Source: Podarcis muralis
Taxonomy: Eukaryota
Length of the DNA: 64,000 nt
NCBI RefSeq assembly: GCF_964188315.1
Contig: NC_135656.1
Coordinates: 120,962,001 to 121,026,000 of the forward strand
Reading direction: 5' to 3'
The position numbers and the translations under genes are program-made. Shown here piece by piece: positions 35,801-48,604 of this stretch. Each line of letters opens with the position of its first letter. Positions within the stretch are counted from its first letter, which is position 1. The notes below the pieces were generated by a model. That model was not told the DNA's origin and searched no databases. It saw nothing but the letters and a program-made list of their open reading frames with translations.

Positions 35801-36294
35801 CCCACAGAAACATGCAGAACTTTCCCCTCTGGCATTTAAGTCAATCCAGTTCAGTCAACTGAACCTCAGGATTTCCCCTCCAAAATGTATCCTCAGAGCA
35901 TGGGCATCCTACTTCTGGACTGGTTCTTTCTCCTCTCAGCTGCTCTCCATTCGGCTTATCTCACCCATTTGTTATTATTTTATTTAAAATATTTCTCACC
36001 CTCCATTTCCAGCGCCCGAGTCTTCAAAGAAAGAATTCTGCACTAACAAAACAGTGGAAGAAGGGAAGGCCATGTCCCCTGCAGAAGGTACTTTGACTGC
36101 AGGAATGTAGAAATGGAGCCCTCAGAAAAATTGAACGAAGGTGCTTCCTCCCCAGCAACTAGTCCAGGCAGAAGACATGAGAGGGATCCGGAGAGGGAAG
36201 AGAAAGCATTTAGAAATGTCAGTTGGCCTCTCTTGTCTTGGCACAGAAGACTAAGATAAATTTGCACAGGACCTAGAAAGTGGGGATAATTTTC

Positions 36295-36480
36295 TTAGGA
36301 ACATAGGAAGCTGCCGTGTACTGTTGAATCATTAGTCCATCTAGGTCTATTGTGTCTACACAGGTGGACAGGGGTTCTTTTCAGCCAGGGGACATTCACC
36401 CAGCCCAACCTGAAATGCCAAGGATTCAACCTGGACCCACTGTTCAACCACTGAGCTACAGCCCTTCCCTGTTGGAAGAG
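36295..36480 (-). mobile_element. tRNA-Ala-like SINE with TTCCTATGTTCCT end
   Basis: Head GGAAGGGCTGTAGCTCAGTGG; related head fragment at about 5616-5690. Confidence 0.6.
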
Positions 36481-37080
36481 ATTGCTGAGAATTCCATTCC
36501 TCCCATGCCTTAGATGTGTGGGATTGTTACATGTCACATGCCTGTTTACATTCCAGCACTGATTATTGGAGTCTCGTGAGCGGAAATTGAGATACGCTGT
36601 TCCGTTTTGTATTGCTATTGCTTTTGCAGTTCTTTCTCCGAGGAAGAAAGACAGAGAGAGAAGCCATGTTTTTCTTTGTTCTGTTACGTTTGATTTAATT
36701 TGCAATAAATTAGGCTTAGATGTTACTCCTCAAGGCTAAGCTTCTGTTTGAACTCTGCTTGTCGTGTGCTCATGTCCTTGGATATGGGCCACATTAGCGT
36801 GACAGGACACCGGAGTGATGAATCCTGGGCGACACTGCGTTGGGGGGGAGGCACCGGCCTCGGCATTATCACCCAACAGGGATATCAATATCCTCTCCTG
36901 AGCTGTCACAACTTTTTGGTTTATGTTTCAATTCTTTCCTCCATGTAGAAAAAGTAATATCAGTACCAATTCACAAACTATATCTGGTGGAGAAGAAGGG
37001 TGCATTCAGTAGCATTACACATAGTATTATCCTTAAAAGCTGTAACTCCTCCTTCCTAAATATTTTACGAATTAGATGCC

Positions 37081-37982
37081 TCATTTAATTTTCATTGTGA
37101 GATGCTCCTTTGTATTCAGATCAGGTCTCAGCACAATAATGTAGCACTTGGGAAGGAAGATGCAGCCCAGAAGCCCAGCACTGGAGGCCAAAATAGAGAA
37201 GATCTGCACGGCTACCATGTACTTCCCCTTGGTGCTCAGGTAGGTGGGAACAAAGGACACCCAAACACTGCAGAAGACCAGCATGCTGAAGGTGATCAGC
37301 TTGGCTTCATTGAAGGCCCCAGGCAGCTTCCTGGCTAGAAAAGCCACTGTGAAGCAGATGGCAGCCAGGAAGCCCATGTAGCTGAGGGCAGTGTAAAACA
37401 TGGCAACAAACCCTTCATTGCATTGCAGGATGATCTCTCCAGGCTGGGAGTGCATGTCAGAGTCAGGGAATGGAGGAGAGATGCCCAGCCAGATGGTGCA
37501 GATGAGAACTTGTACACTGGAACAGGATATGATAATGGAATTGGCCAGACTTTTCCCCAGCCATCTTCTCACCTTGTTCCCTGGCTTTGTAGCCAGGAAG
37601 GCCAGCACCACTGTGATGGTTTTTGCCAACACAGAAGAAACAGCAACTGAGAAGATGACGCTGAAGGCTGTTTGTCGGAGAAGACAGGTCACTTTCCTTG
37701 GGCGGCCGATGAAAAGGAAGGAGGACAAAAAAGAAAGCAAGAGAGATACAAGAAGTATGTAGGAGAGGTCTCGGTTATTGGCTTTGACTATGGAAGTGTC
37801 CATGTATTTAATAAAGATGGCAAAAACAAAACCCGTGGTTAAGGAGAGGAATAGGGCAAAAGATGCCAATGTGATCCCCAAAGAGTCTTCATAGGCAAGA
37901 AAGGTGATAACCTTGGAGACACATTGATTTTGGTGCTCATTTGGGTGCTGATCTTCTGGACATGTGGTGCAATAGTCTGCAT
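37081..37982 (-). CDS. V2R-C exon 6 (7TM)
   Basis: [15 protein letters not shown]...[23 protein letters not shown]. Confidence 0.95.
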
Positions 37983-40900
37983 CTGAAAGTAAAAGGAGAG
38001 CATTCAGTAGTCCTAACAGGAAGCTTAGAACAGTAATATTATTTATTCTGTTACATTCCGTAATATATATGTTTCAGCATGATAGTTTATACTCCAGAAT
38101 ATTCATCCGTCCCAATCATATATAAGGTAGGGTGGGAATGAAATCAGCAGCATCCATAAGACCAACTCTGTGCTTTCTGTCCTGAAGTTATTTCTTTCAT
38201 CTCACATTATCCAATTCATCGAGAAACAAGTTATCACACTTTCTTTCTGCAGGACCTATGTCAGGAGTCCAGGTTCCCAGCTTGATAACATAGTAAGCAT
38301 AGGTAATTAAAAAGCAGGATTTATTGCAAAAACAAACAGATAGCTCCGAGCAGCTCTAACGAAGCCACTGACATTACCATTCAAGATGACCCTTCTAAAG
38401 ACTCCTTCCTATGTCTACAGAAAATATTGAACCGTCGCCCCTTACATCTCTTGTTTTGCTTCCTGTCTAGCAGCCCTCCCATTCGCCGCAGACTTGGACT
38501 TATGGGATCAGCTCCAGCCTCTTCCTTTTCCAACAAACTATCTCTGTGTCTGTTCATGCTTGTTTGAGCTTCCTGGGAGCTTTGGCTGTGTTCCAGCCTG
38601 CTCTCAGTCGTTCCCTTGGCAACCGGCATTCCAATGTCCGAAGGAGGTGCACCGGGCACTGGCCGCTGTTCAGCCTGCATAAGATCTAACCCTCTCTGTT
38701 CTGCAGCCAGCTGTAAAGTTCCACTAGGAGCTGGCTCATTCCTGACAACCTATTTGAGATAGCTGGAAATGCCTGAGAACAACAATCACACACTCTTTCT
38801 AGGCATTGTGATTCAGACTTCCCATTTTGGGCAAAAGATACTGATCCAATTGTGACAGTCGCCTGCACTGAAGATGGGTACTGAGTAACATGACCAAATT
38901 TATTCATGTGTTAATAGATACACCTCTCACTGTTATTAAGACAGGAGAGTGCTAGAATTAACTCTTTGTGGTAGTGCTTATGATTAAGCAGCAGTAAAAT
39001 ATAGTACTTCTGTGAACACTGTCCAGTGTCCACTCATTCCCTACCCAGAGGTTCAACGTATGAGGAAGCACCTCTTAAATAAAACTAATTTGTTTATTTG
39101 TTTACACTCCATCATGGTTTATTTTTTATTTTTTTAAATTTAACATAATTGTTACAAAATATAAGCAAAACACAAGTACATACACACATATACACTTCAA
39201 ATAAGCACATATACATGAAAATAGGAACAAAAGAGAAAAAGAAGAAACGAAAAAAGAAGAAAAAATAAAGAAAAAAAGAAGAAGTAGAAAAGTTGGAAGA
39301 ATTTCTTCCAAATTTATTCTACAAATATCTCAATATGAAAATAATAAAATTTCATTGACTGACTTCCGTCGCTTACACTGCACTTCCTATATACATTTTA
39401 AGCAAGATTGTATCTGTTATTCCGTATTTTTCCCATACAATTTCGATCATGGTTTAAAGCACGATGGTTTCACAACTGAGGAACAAAATTTAGGACTCGC
39501 CCAGAATTCATGTTGTTCCACATTTCTACACTCCCCCCCCCCCCAATCCCTGTGCTTTCTGTGAGGAAACCTGCATTTTAGCATTGAATCAGAGCAAATG
39601 ACAATCGCCGACTGGGAAAGTGTGGACATGTGCCTAAGAAAGCATGGGGCAAAAAAGTAAATGTAGACGAGCCCTGAGTCACCCACCTTCCTGAGTGGAG
39701 ATTGTCCCTGCAGCACACGGATCACAAACATAACAGCAAACTGGTTGTCCTTCTTGAACCAACTTGGCATATCCAGGGCGACAGCTTTCAGTACACCTGG
39801 CGCGAGGCACGGTCTGCCAATTAAGTGAAGGAGCATCAAGGGGAAAGGGTTAGAGATGTGAAAGTGAGTCATAAGGTGTAGAAGGACCCTACTCCCTCCA
39901 TTACAGGTAAATACTGTTAGAATTCCTGCTCCATGATTGCAGTCACAGGATTTTTGTCTTTCACATGACGGTATGTTTTGACTCCACAGAGTGGGAAGTG
40001 ACGGAAACAGGATGTTTGTGTTACTGTGTTCTGTGATGTGGGACTATTGTCCTTTGTTCTTTTCCTCTTTGCTGTCTGATGCTAGAGAGAGAGGGAGCCA
40101 TGTTGCAGTGCTCCGTGTGTTTTTATATGTAAATAAAGTAGATTAGCCAAAATGCTGAGTTGCTGAGTTCTGTCACACATGATGCACAAACACTGCAGAT
40201 CCCTAAGTGTGCCAATGTCTGTTGGCATCGGTCGCTGTCATGTTCGGGCTGAAGAAAGCTTTTGAAGCTCCTGAACGATTGACCAGGAGGGAGGGAACAT
40301 GCCAGTCGGGCATGTGTCCCTGCCAGGGTCCTACTCGAGTGTAGGCTGAACTCCTGACAACTACTGTTGATGCACAAGTTTCTAGTTTGAAGCAACTCTG
40401 GTGTATATAATTTTGATGCTCCAACAATGGCAGAGCAGGGGAAAGATCACAGGCCTGATGATAAACTAGGAGAGGAAACAGCTGTTAAGAAAAGGAAATC
40501 TGCAAAGTTTTTATTGGCACTGGGTGAATGGCACAGAGCCAGAGGGTGATTGGTGACATTATGCAGATGAATGTCAGGATGTCAGTCAGATCATGGAAAC
40601 TTTCCATTAAAGATGTTAAACAAGGACGGTTGGATGGATGGACTGATATGTGTTATCATATTATTGTTGTTATATAAAGGTAAAGGTAAAGGACGCCTGG
40701 ATGGTTAAGACCAGTCAAAGGCGACTATGGGGTTGTGGTGCTCATCTCGCTTTCAGGCCAAGGGAGCCAGTGTTGGTCCTCAGACATTTTTCTGAATCAT
40801 GTGGCCAGCATGACTAAACCGCTTCTGGAGCAACGGGACACTGCGACGAGTGCCAGAGCGCACGGAAACACCATTTACCTTCCCGCCGCAAAGGTACCTA

Positions 40901-43522
40901 TTTATCTACTTGCACTGGCATGCTTTCAAACTGCTAGTTTGGCAGGAACTGGGACAGAGCAATGGGAGCTCACCCCATCGCGGGGATTCGAACCGCCAAC
41001 CTTCTGATCGGCAAGTCCAACGCCACCCGCGTTGTTATATATTCCAGCACCAATCAAGCCAGGATGCCATTGGGTTTTATGCAATTTTGCATTATATTAT
41101 ATATGTATAATATACTGCTCACTCACTTAAACATTATTCACATATTTAAAATGCATACTTTAAAAGGCTGGGTTTTCTTAAAAGTGACTAATGGGGGGGG
41201 GACTGTTGGGGACATTGTATAGGACCCCACTCCAGCATGCAGTTTCTGCTCTAATTTTAAGGGTGTGTGTGTGTAGGGAGTGATAGAAAATGACCACATT
41301 TTATATATTTATTTCATTAAGTATTTATTTATTTTGTAAAATGTGTACACCTCTTAAATGTAAAAAAACCCCACCGCCCTCAAAGTGGTTTTCCAATTCA
41401 AATTAATTTTCTGTTTATGCTGAGAATTGGGGAGGGAGGCCTTTGAAATCAGCCCTAGATTAGACTGCAAATGAATTGCGTAGCAATAATTTCCTGTATA
41501 ATATAAATTATCTGAGTTTAACAAATGTCACAGGGTAATAAAGCACACATAAATCTGTGCCCCTACCTCTTTAAACTGCAAGGGCCACACGATGGCTTCT
41601 GTGTTAATGGTGAGCTTTAAATCAGAGGCTGCCTGTCTCTCTACGCTCCCGACTTTCACTCTGCCTTGAGACTTATTGAGAAACAGCACCCAGTTCACAA
41701 TGTCATAGTCAGCTGCCAGCTCCCCATTCTCATCTGAATAGAGTCCACCCCTGGAGGTGTTAAACAACTGGACGTTTCTTAAGAAAGGGTGGAGCTGGAC
41801 TGACAGGAGAAAAAGAAGAATGAATAATACCCGGAAGCTTATGAAGAATTAATAATACCTGGAAGCTTATGAATTAGGTTCACAGAATCAAATAATCATA
41901 GAATTGTAAGGTTGGAAGGGACCCTAAGGGTCATTTGGAACGTGTCCAGAGGAGGGCAACCAAAATGGTCAAAGGCCTGGAAACGATGCCTTATGAGGAA
42001 CGGCTAAGGGAGCTGGGCATGTTTAGCCTGGAGAAGAGGAGGTTAAGGGGTGATATGATAGCCATGTTCAAATATATAAAAGGATGTCATATAGAGGAGG
42101 GAGAAAGGTTGTTTTCTGCTGCTCCAGAGAAGCGGACACAGAGCAATGGATCCAAACTACAAGAAAGAAGATTCCACCTAAACAGTTTTTTCCTGACAGT
42201 AAGAGCTGTTTGACAGTGGAATTTGCTGCCAAGGAGTGTGGTGGAGTCTCCGTCTTTGGAGATCTTTAAGCAGAGGCTTGACAACCATATGTCAGGAGTG
42301 CTCTGATGGTGTTTCCTGCTTGGCAGGGGGTTGGACTCGATGGCCCTTGTGGTCTCTTCCAACTCTATGATTCTATGATTCTATTCTATTATTTAGCCCA
42401 ACCCCCTGCAATGCAGGAATCTCAGCTAAAGCATCCGTGACAAATGGGCACCCAACCTCTGCTTAAAAACCTCCAAGGAACGTGAGTCCACAACCTCCTG
42501 GGGGAGACCACTCCACTGCCAAACAGCTCTTACTGTTAGAAAGTTTTTTCTTGATGTTTCCCTGGAATCTCCTTTCTTGTAGCTTGAAGCCATTGGTTCA
42601 AGTCCTACCCCACAGGAGAAAACAAGCCAGCTCCCTATTCCACGATGGGACAGCCCTTGAGATACTTGAAACTGGCTCTCGTATCTCCTCTCAGCCTCCT
42701 CTTTCCCAGGCTAAACAGACCCAGCTCCATCCATTGCTCCTTATAAGGCACGGTTTCCAAACCATTGGTCATCTTGGTTGTCCTCATCTTGGGTCAGTGC
42801 ACATCTGGACTCATAGGAATCAATTGCTGTTGGCTTTCCACAGTCATACATTCTTAAGTCCTCCCTTTCTCCTGCCAGACTTTGTAAATGAGCAGAGCTA
42901 GGATCATTACATGCACAAGCTCATTGTGCACCCTTCAGGGAATTATGCAAGCAGAGCCATACCTTACAGTTAGACAAAATGAGGTGGGCCATTTGAAGCA
43001 GAAGATTTGGGGCACAGCAACTTCACAGTACTCTTATTGATCCAGAAGGCCACTGGATCTTTAAGAATACTGTGAAGTTGCTGTGCCCCCAATCTTTTGC
43101 TTCAAGTGCTCCTCTCTTCCTTTGTCTGCTGCTTCTGCCTACTCTGTAAGAGCATAAGATAAGAAGAGCCTTGGCCTCTCTTGTAGGTGTTCCTTTGGGT
43201 AGGCTGGATCTGTTTTTGCTGCTGCTGTTGGTGACCATTCTGAGGTCCAGCGCCGAGGGCCTTCTGGCAGTTCCCTCACTGCGAGAAGCTAAGCTACAGG
43301 GAACCAGGCAGAGGGCCTTCTCGGTAGTGGCACCCGCCCTGTGGAACGCCCTCCCACCAGATGCCAAAGAGATAAACAACTACCTGACATTTAGAAGACA
43401 TCTGAAGGCAACCTTGTTCAGGGAAGTTTTTAATGTGTGACATTTTAATGTATTTTTAATCTTTGTTGGAAGCCGCCCAGAGAAGCTGGGGAGACCCAGC
43501 CAGATGGGCGGGGTACAAATAA

Positions 43523-43574
<52 letters not shown>

Positions 43575-46500
43575 GCTGAGCCCAACTCAGTCCCTCTGTC
43601 TCTCCTTCCGTCTTGGATTCAGCTGGCCCTGAAAATTGGCTGCCCACCTCCTCAGTCACCAAAGGAACTGCACACTCAGAAGATGGAATAGTGACTGATT
43701 CACATGATTCTCCCCTTCTGTGACATCTGGCAACAATGGGGGTTGGAACCTCTCATAATTCACTGCTTGGGCCCTCCTAATGACTCAGTTTCCTTTTTTC
43801 CCACCTTTGTTCTGAAATTCCTCTAATCTTGATTTCACCCTCTGAACTGCCCTTGAACCGTTCTCGTAATAAACGTTATTTTATACTTGCTTAGAATGAA
43901 TCGAATTTGCCATTTTTCTGCCCATTCATTTCATTTGGGGAAAAAACTTTTTGGAGAGCTCTTCACAATCCCTCTTACTTTTAACCACCCAGAACAATTG
44001 GGTATCCTCAGTACATTTAGTTTGCTCACTTTTCACGCACAACTCTAGATGATTTATGGACAAGTTAAAAAGAAGGGCACATAAAACTGATCTGTGAGGA
44101 GACACCACTTTCTACACTCATGTTGCAAAAGGAGAATACTGTACCTGCCAGGGCTGTAGTCTTCCATGTCCCCAACTGTCTCCTCTACTCATCATCAGCA
44201 TCTGTTTGGATCTGTACGAATAGGCAGAACTTAAGGCAAGTGCCACAGTTTGGATGCTGCTATAAGTAACGTAGCTGTCTTGAGACAGGGCCCTTTCAAT
44301 CTCCTCTTGGGGAAGAATCTCCAGTTTCTCTTTCTCTGTGCATCTTGTCCAGCCTTTCATGGGCAACACATTCTCTGGACATAAACAGTGAAATGATTTA
44401 TTCCAGAACCATAGTGTTCTGCCAGACCGTGGCTTATAGTAGTCATATTTTGTCCGTTTTCTAGTCTTCATTATGAAGGACAAAGAACCATGGGTGTACA
44501 TGAAAGTATCCATATCATGAGACAAGTTCATGTTTATGTCCGGAAAGGCTGTTGTGATCCAAACTTTTCCCCCAGGTTGTATCTTTTCAAATATGCTTTG
44601 GACCTTAATGATGATGCCAAATTTATTGGAAGAGTCTCCCTTGTAGACAAATACATTGACTTTTCTCCACATGATAGGTGGTTCATTCAGCATGGCGATT
44701 TGGTATAGATTCTGATAAACTATTTTTTCTGAGAAGGCAACACAAATTCCATTGGTGAGCATCAGAGGTGTTATGGAACTTATGAACCTTTCTCCATTAT
44801 AATTGTCTGGAGCAAAGATTCCAATCCACGTCCATCCAAAATGCAGGAGGAGTTGGACAATCCCCAGGTACTGGGTTTTCTCCTTTGGCATCATCCGATA
44901 GGCAAAAGGGAACTGAGTTTTATCATGAAGAGGAAAGCCATAACTCACCTAGTGAGAAAAAGGAAGAATATCAGATGTATGTTAATAACAAGCAAAAAGA
45001 GGCCATGTCAGTGAGAGGAATGCATCACACTCCATCAAAAGAATGAGGTTGATGGACTTCCATTTCATGCGGCTCAATGTGGTGCCTTCCATAGTTCCAG
45101 TTACAGATAGGTAGCCGTGTTGGTCTGCCATAGTCAAAACAAAAAAAATTCTTCCAGTAGCACCTTGGTATCTGAAGAAGTGTGCATGCACACGAAAGCT
45201 CATACCAAGAACTAACTTAGTTGGTCTTTAAGGTGCTACTGGAAGGAATTTTTTTGTTTCATCAAAAGAATGTTAAAGACAGTGCTTTACTTTCTCCTCA
45301 TAAATGAGGTGGTGTTGGGAAGCTCAATAAAAATATTCCCAGTACAGTGGTACCTCAGGTTACATACGCTTCAGGTTACAGACTCCGCTAACCCAGAAAT
45401 AGTACCTTGGGTTAAGAACTTTGCTACAGGATGGGAACAGAAATCGTGCTCTGGTGGCACAGTGGCAGCAGGAGGCCCCATTAGCTAAAGTGGTGTTTCA
45501 GGTTAAGAACAGTTTCAGGTTAAGTACGGACCTGTGGAATGAATTAAGTACTTAACCTGAGGTACCACTGTATGCAGCTGTTGTGCAAATGACCAACTCC
45601 ATGTTGGGCATTTTTATGGAAGGATTCAAAATGAAAACTGTCAACATCGTAACACATGTTATTACTGTACTTCAAGAAGGTTATTGTAGAATTAGGAAAA
45701 GCGCTAAAAAGGTTAACAAAAGTGATCTAAGGTTTGGAGCAGGGTTTCCCAAACTTGAGTCTCCAGCTGTTTTTGGACTACAATTTCCATTATCCCTAGC
45801 TAGCAGGACCAGTGGTCAGGGATGATGGGAACTGTAGTCCAAAAAAAAAAAGTTGGAGACCCAAGCTTGGGAAATCCTGGTTTGGAGCAACTCTCTTATG
45901 GGGAAAGGTTACAATTTTTTCAGATCTTTTTAGTTTAGCAGAGGAGACATGATAGAGTTGTAAAAGTATTCATGGTGTGGAGAAAGGATAAAAAGACCCT
46001 TTTCTCTGTATCCCATAAAACTAGGACTTAAGGCCATCCAATGAACCTGAATGTTGGAGGATTTAGAATGCTTCTTCACAGTGAATAGTCAAACTGTGGA
46101 CTTGCCCGCACAAGATGTAAATATGTCCACAAATTGGACATATTTCAGAGAGGAGTAGCTAGACTCAGGGGGTATAAGACTACCAATGATCCCTAGCCAG
46201 AGGGCAGTCTACCTCTGAATTCCAGTTGTTGGGAATCAAAAGTAGGAAGAGTGATGTTGCACTCTGGTCCAATTGCGGGCTTCCTGAAAGTGGCATCTGG
46301 TAGACTGCTCTGGAAGCAGGATGCTGGAATAGATGGACCTATAACCTGATGCAGATACTTATGCTCTTAAGGCATCTTCAGACAAGATTGCACCTATTGT
46401 AAATAGTTTTAAGGGAATCCTTCCAAAAACGGAGAATCCTAGAATAGGAAGGGAGCTCAGGGTTCACATAGTCTAATCGGTCCACTACTGTTGCATCCCT

Positions 46501-48428
46501 GACTGCTGGCCATCCCAGTCCCTACCTGTGGGATTTTGTAGATGCCCAACATGCTAGAAACATGGGTAGAAATGTCCGATTCAGCCCCTTCAATAACAGC
46601 CAAGAGGTTCTTGCGACTTCCACAGTTGTAGTTTGGGATATTCATTTCCCCACCAGAATGCCCGTCCAGCAGGGCACTGGAAACCACTCTGCCATCGAAA
46701 TAGGTTTCAAAGAGGTTGTAGCCCAAGGTGATGTTGGTTAAAATCAAGGGATCCTGATTAATCTCCTGAACAGCAAACAAGAAGGACAGAATGTGCCAGT
46801 ACTTCTCTTCAGAGATACTGCAAAGCATCAAATAAAACACTTGTGACAGGCTGCCATCATCCATTCAGTGAAAACAAAATGCCATATTCTTTCTAAAGGC
46901 CTTCTCAGGTACATACACCTCAAACCAGGGTAAGGTAAAGGTAAAGGGACCCCTGACCATTAGGTCCTGTCATGGCCGACTCTGGGGTTGCGGCGCTCAT
47001 CTCGCTTTATTGGCCGAGGGAGCCGGCGTACAGCTTCCGGGTCATGTGGCCAGCATGACTAAGCCGCTTCTGGCGAACCAGAGCAGCACACGGAAACACC
47101 ATTTACCTTTCCACCGGAGCGGTACCTATTTATCTAATTGCACTTTGACGTGCTTTCGAACTGCTAGGTTGGCAGGAGCAGGGACTGAGCAACGGGAGCT
47201 CACCCCGTCACGGGGATTCAAACCGCTGACCTTCTGATCGGCAAGCCCTAGGCTCTGTGGTTTAACACACAGTGCCACCCACATCCCCAAAACAGGGTAT
47301 CTCTGGGTAATTCTTTCTATGTTTTTGTTGGGGGAGAGATACAGTTCCTGGCTACAAGTTGGATAGTTATTTGCCGCTTTTGAAAAACAGCAGAGAGGTT
47401 ATTGTTCACAGCCTTTAAAGAACAAAATCAACTTTTTTTTAGAGGTTTGTGGTTTGGAAGCTGATCAAAGCATGTGTTAAGAAGATGTGGTTTTATACAT
47501 CTTCCTATGTTGAAAATGAATGTTCATCCTTTACACTGGGTAAGAGAAACAGGCACTTGTTAACTTGTTCATATACAATCTATAGATTTAGGACTGAGCA
47601 GTGAAGTGGCCAAGTTTGCTGATGATGGTAGATTCTTCAGGGTCAGTACCACAAAAAGAAATTGTGAAGATCTCCAAAGGACCTAACAAATCTGAAAGAA
47701 TGCTTGATAAAGCCCAGATATCGTCTGAGTGTTGCTTAAGCTTTGTACAAGCAAGCCACAATGAATGTCGGATAAACAACTCATCTGAAACGAGGAGCCA
47801 TCACACTCAATATCGGGAGATAACCTGGCTAGGAGTACCAGAAAACAAGAGCTGTCCTTGGTACCTGGGATCAGTCAAAGCACAGGTGGGGCGGTGTTCA
47901 ATCCTGGTACATTCTTAAGGAAATCAGCCCTGAGTGCTCACTGGAAGGACAGATCCTGAAGCTGAGGCTCCAAGACTTTGGCCACCTCACGAGAAGAGAA
48001 GACTCCCTGGAAAAGACCCTGACGTTGGGAAAGATGGAGGGCACAAGGAGAAGGGGACGACAGAGGACGAGATGGTTGGACAGTGTTCTCGAAGCTACGA
48101 ACATGAGTTTGACCAAGCTGCGGGGGGCAGTGGAAGACTGGCATGCTTTGGTCCATGGGGTCACGAAGAGTTGGACATGACTAAACGACTAAACAACAAA
48201 TACAACTTACTCACGAGGCCTGATTAATGGAGGTTGAGAGAAGATGTATTCATCAAACACAGCAGCTTTGGGTGAGATGATTCCGCTAATGAGATGGTCC
48301 CCTGCCCTGTAATAATTCACTGGTTCATTCTGAAGCCAGATCAGATCCACAGAGCATCTACCCCGCTGTGTCCCACAGGCAGCCTGTGGCATTAGCAGCA
48401 GCAGCTGCAGAAGCAGGAGTGATATCAT
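37081..48428 (-). CDS. V2R-C: intact vomeronasal type-2 receptor, about 856 aa
   Basis: Exons 48428-48211, 46817-46526, 44948-44145, 41794-41567, 39813-39687, 37982-37081; total 2571 nt, in frame. Confidence 0.92.
38259..38747 (-). mobile_element. Solo LTR
   Basis: TGTCAGGA...TCCTGACA; 5-bp TSD ACCTA; minus-strand AATAAA. Confidence 0.85.
39687..39813 (-). CDS. V2R-C exon 5
   Basis: [42 protein letters not shown]. Confidence 0.9.
39915..40359 (+). mobile_element. Solo LTR in V2R-C intron 4
   Basis: TG...CA; TSD AATAC/ACTAC; empty site AAATACTGCTGATG in V2R-D (about 55902). Confidence 0.82.
40676..41027 (-). mobile_element. Sauria SINE (diverged subfamily)
   Basis: (AAAGGT)n tail and body similarity. 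Confidence 0.8.
41567..41794 (-). CDS. V2R-C exon 4
   Basis: [35 protein letters not shown]...WPLQFKE; 228 nt. Confidence 0.9.
41935..42388 (+). mobile_element. CR1 3' fragment nested in an older, oppositely oriented CR1 (about 41887-42790 -)
   Basis: [39 protein letters not shown]; (ATTCTATG)n tail. Confidence 0.88.
43230..43575 (+). mobile_element. L2 3' fragment
   Basis: [16 protein letters not shown]; (TTA)n tail. Confidence 0.88.
44145..44948 (-). CDS. V2R-C exon 3
   Basis: [23 protein letters not shown]...LQPWQ; 804 nt. Confidence 0.9.
45095..45260. mobile_element. Penelope-like element terminal-repeat remnant
   Basis: Inverted repeat TTCCAGTAGCACCTT / AAGGTGCTACTGGAA encloses the hammerhead; GGTAGCCGTGTTGGTCTG end motif. 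Confidence 0.65.
45164..45209 (+). ncRNA. Minimal type I hammerhead ribozyme motif (Penelope-like element derived)
   Basis: CTTGGTAT-CTGAAGA-A-GTGTGCATGCACAC-GAAA-GC-TC-ATACCAAG: perfect 8-bp stem I, catalytic core, palindromic stem II, palindromic AGCT stem III. Confidence 0.75.
46526..46817 (-). CDS. V2R-C exon 2
   Basis: [23 protein letters not shown]...YKIPQ; 292 nt. Confidence 0.9.
46933..47287 (-). mobile_element. Sauria SINE
   Basis: TSD approximately AA(C/A)CAGGGTA. Confidence 0.9.
47910..48200 (+). mobile_element. Bov-B 3' fragment
   Basis: Starts CATTCTTAAGGAAATCAGCCC; ends GACTAAACAAC. Confidence 0.9.
48211..48428 (-). CDS. V2R-C exon 1
   Basis: [19 protein letters not shown]...[15 protein letters not shown]; in-frame upstream TAA; donor GA|gtaagt. 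Confidence 0.88.
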
Positions 48429-48604
48429 CCTAGCAATGTCAGTGGCAAGTGTCCTTCCTTATGACATCAGTGACACAACTCAATACATGGATTCAGACCT
48501 AAAGGTAGGGAGAGGAAATTTCCCATGTGCACAGTCTCTGTCTGCCCTCCATCCCAGGCTCTCAGTGGCACGAGATATACTTATTATCTTGAGAAGGGTA
48601 GGAC

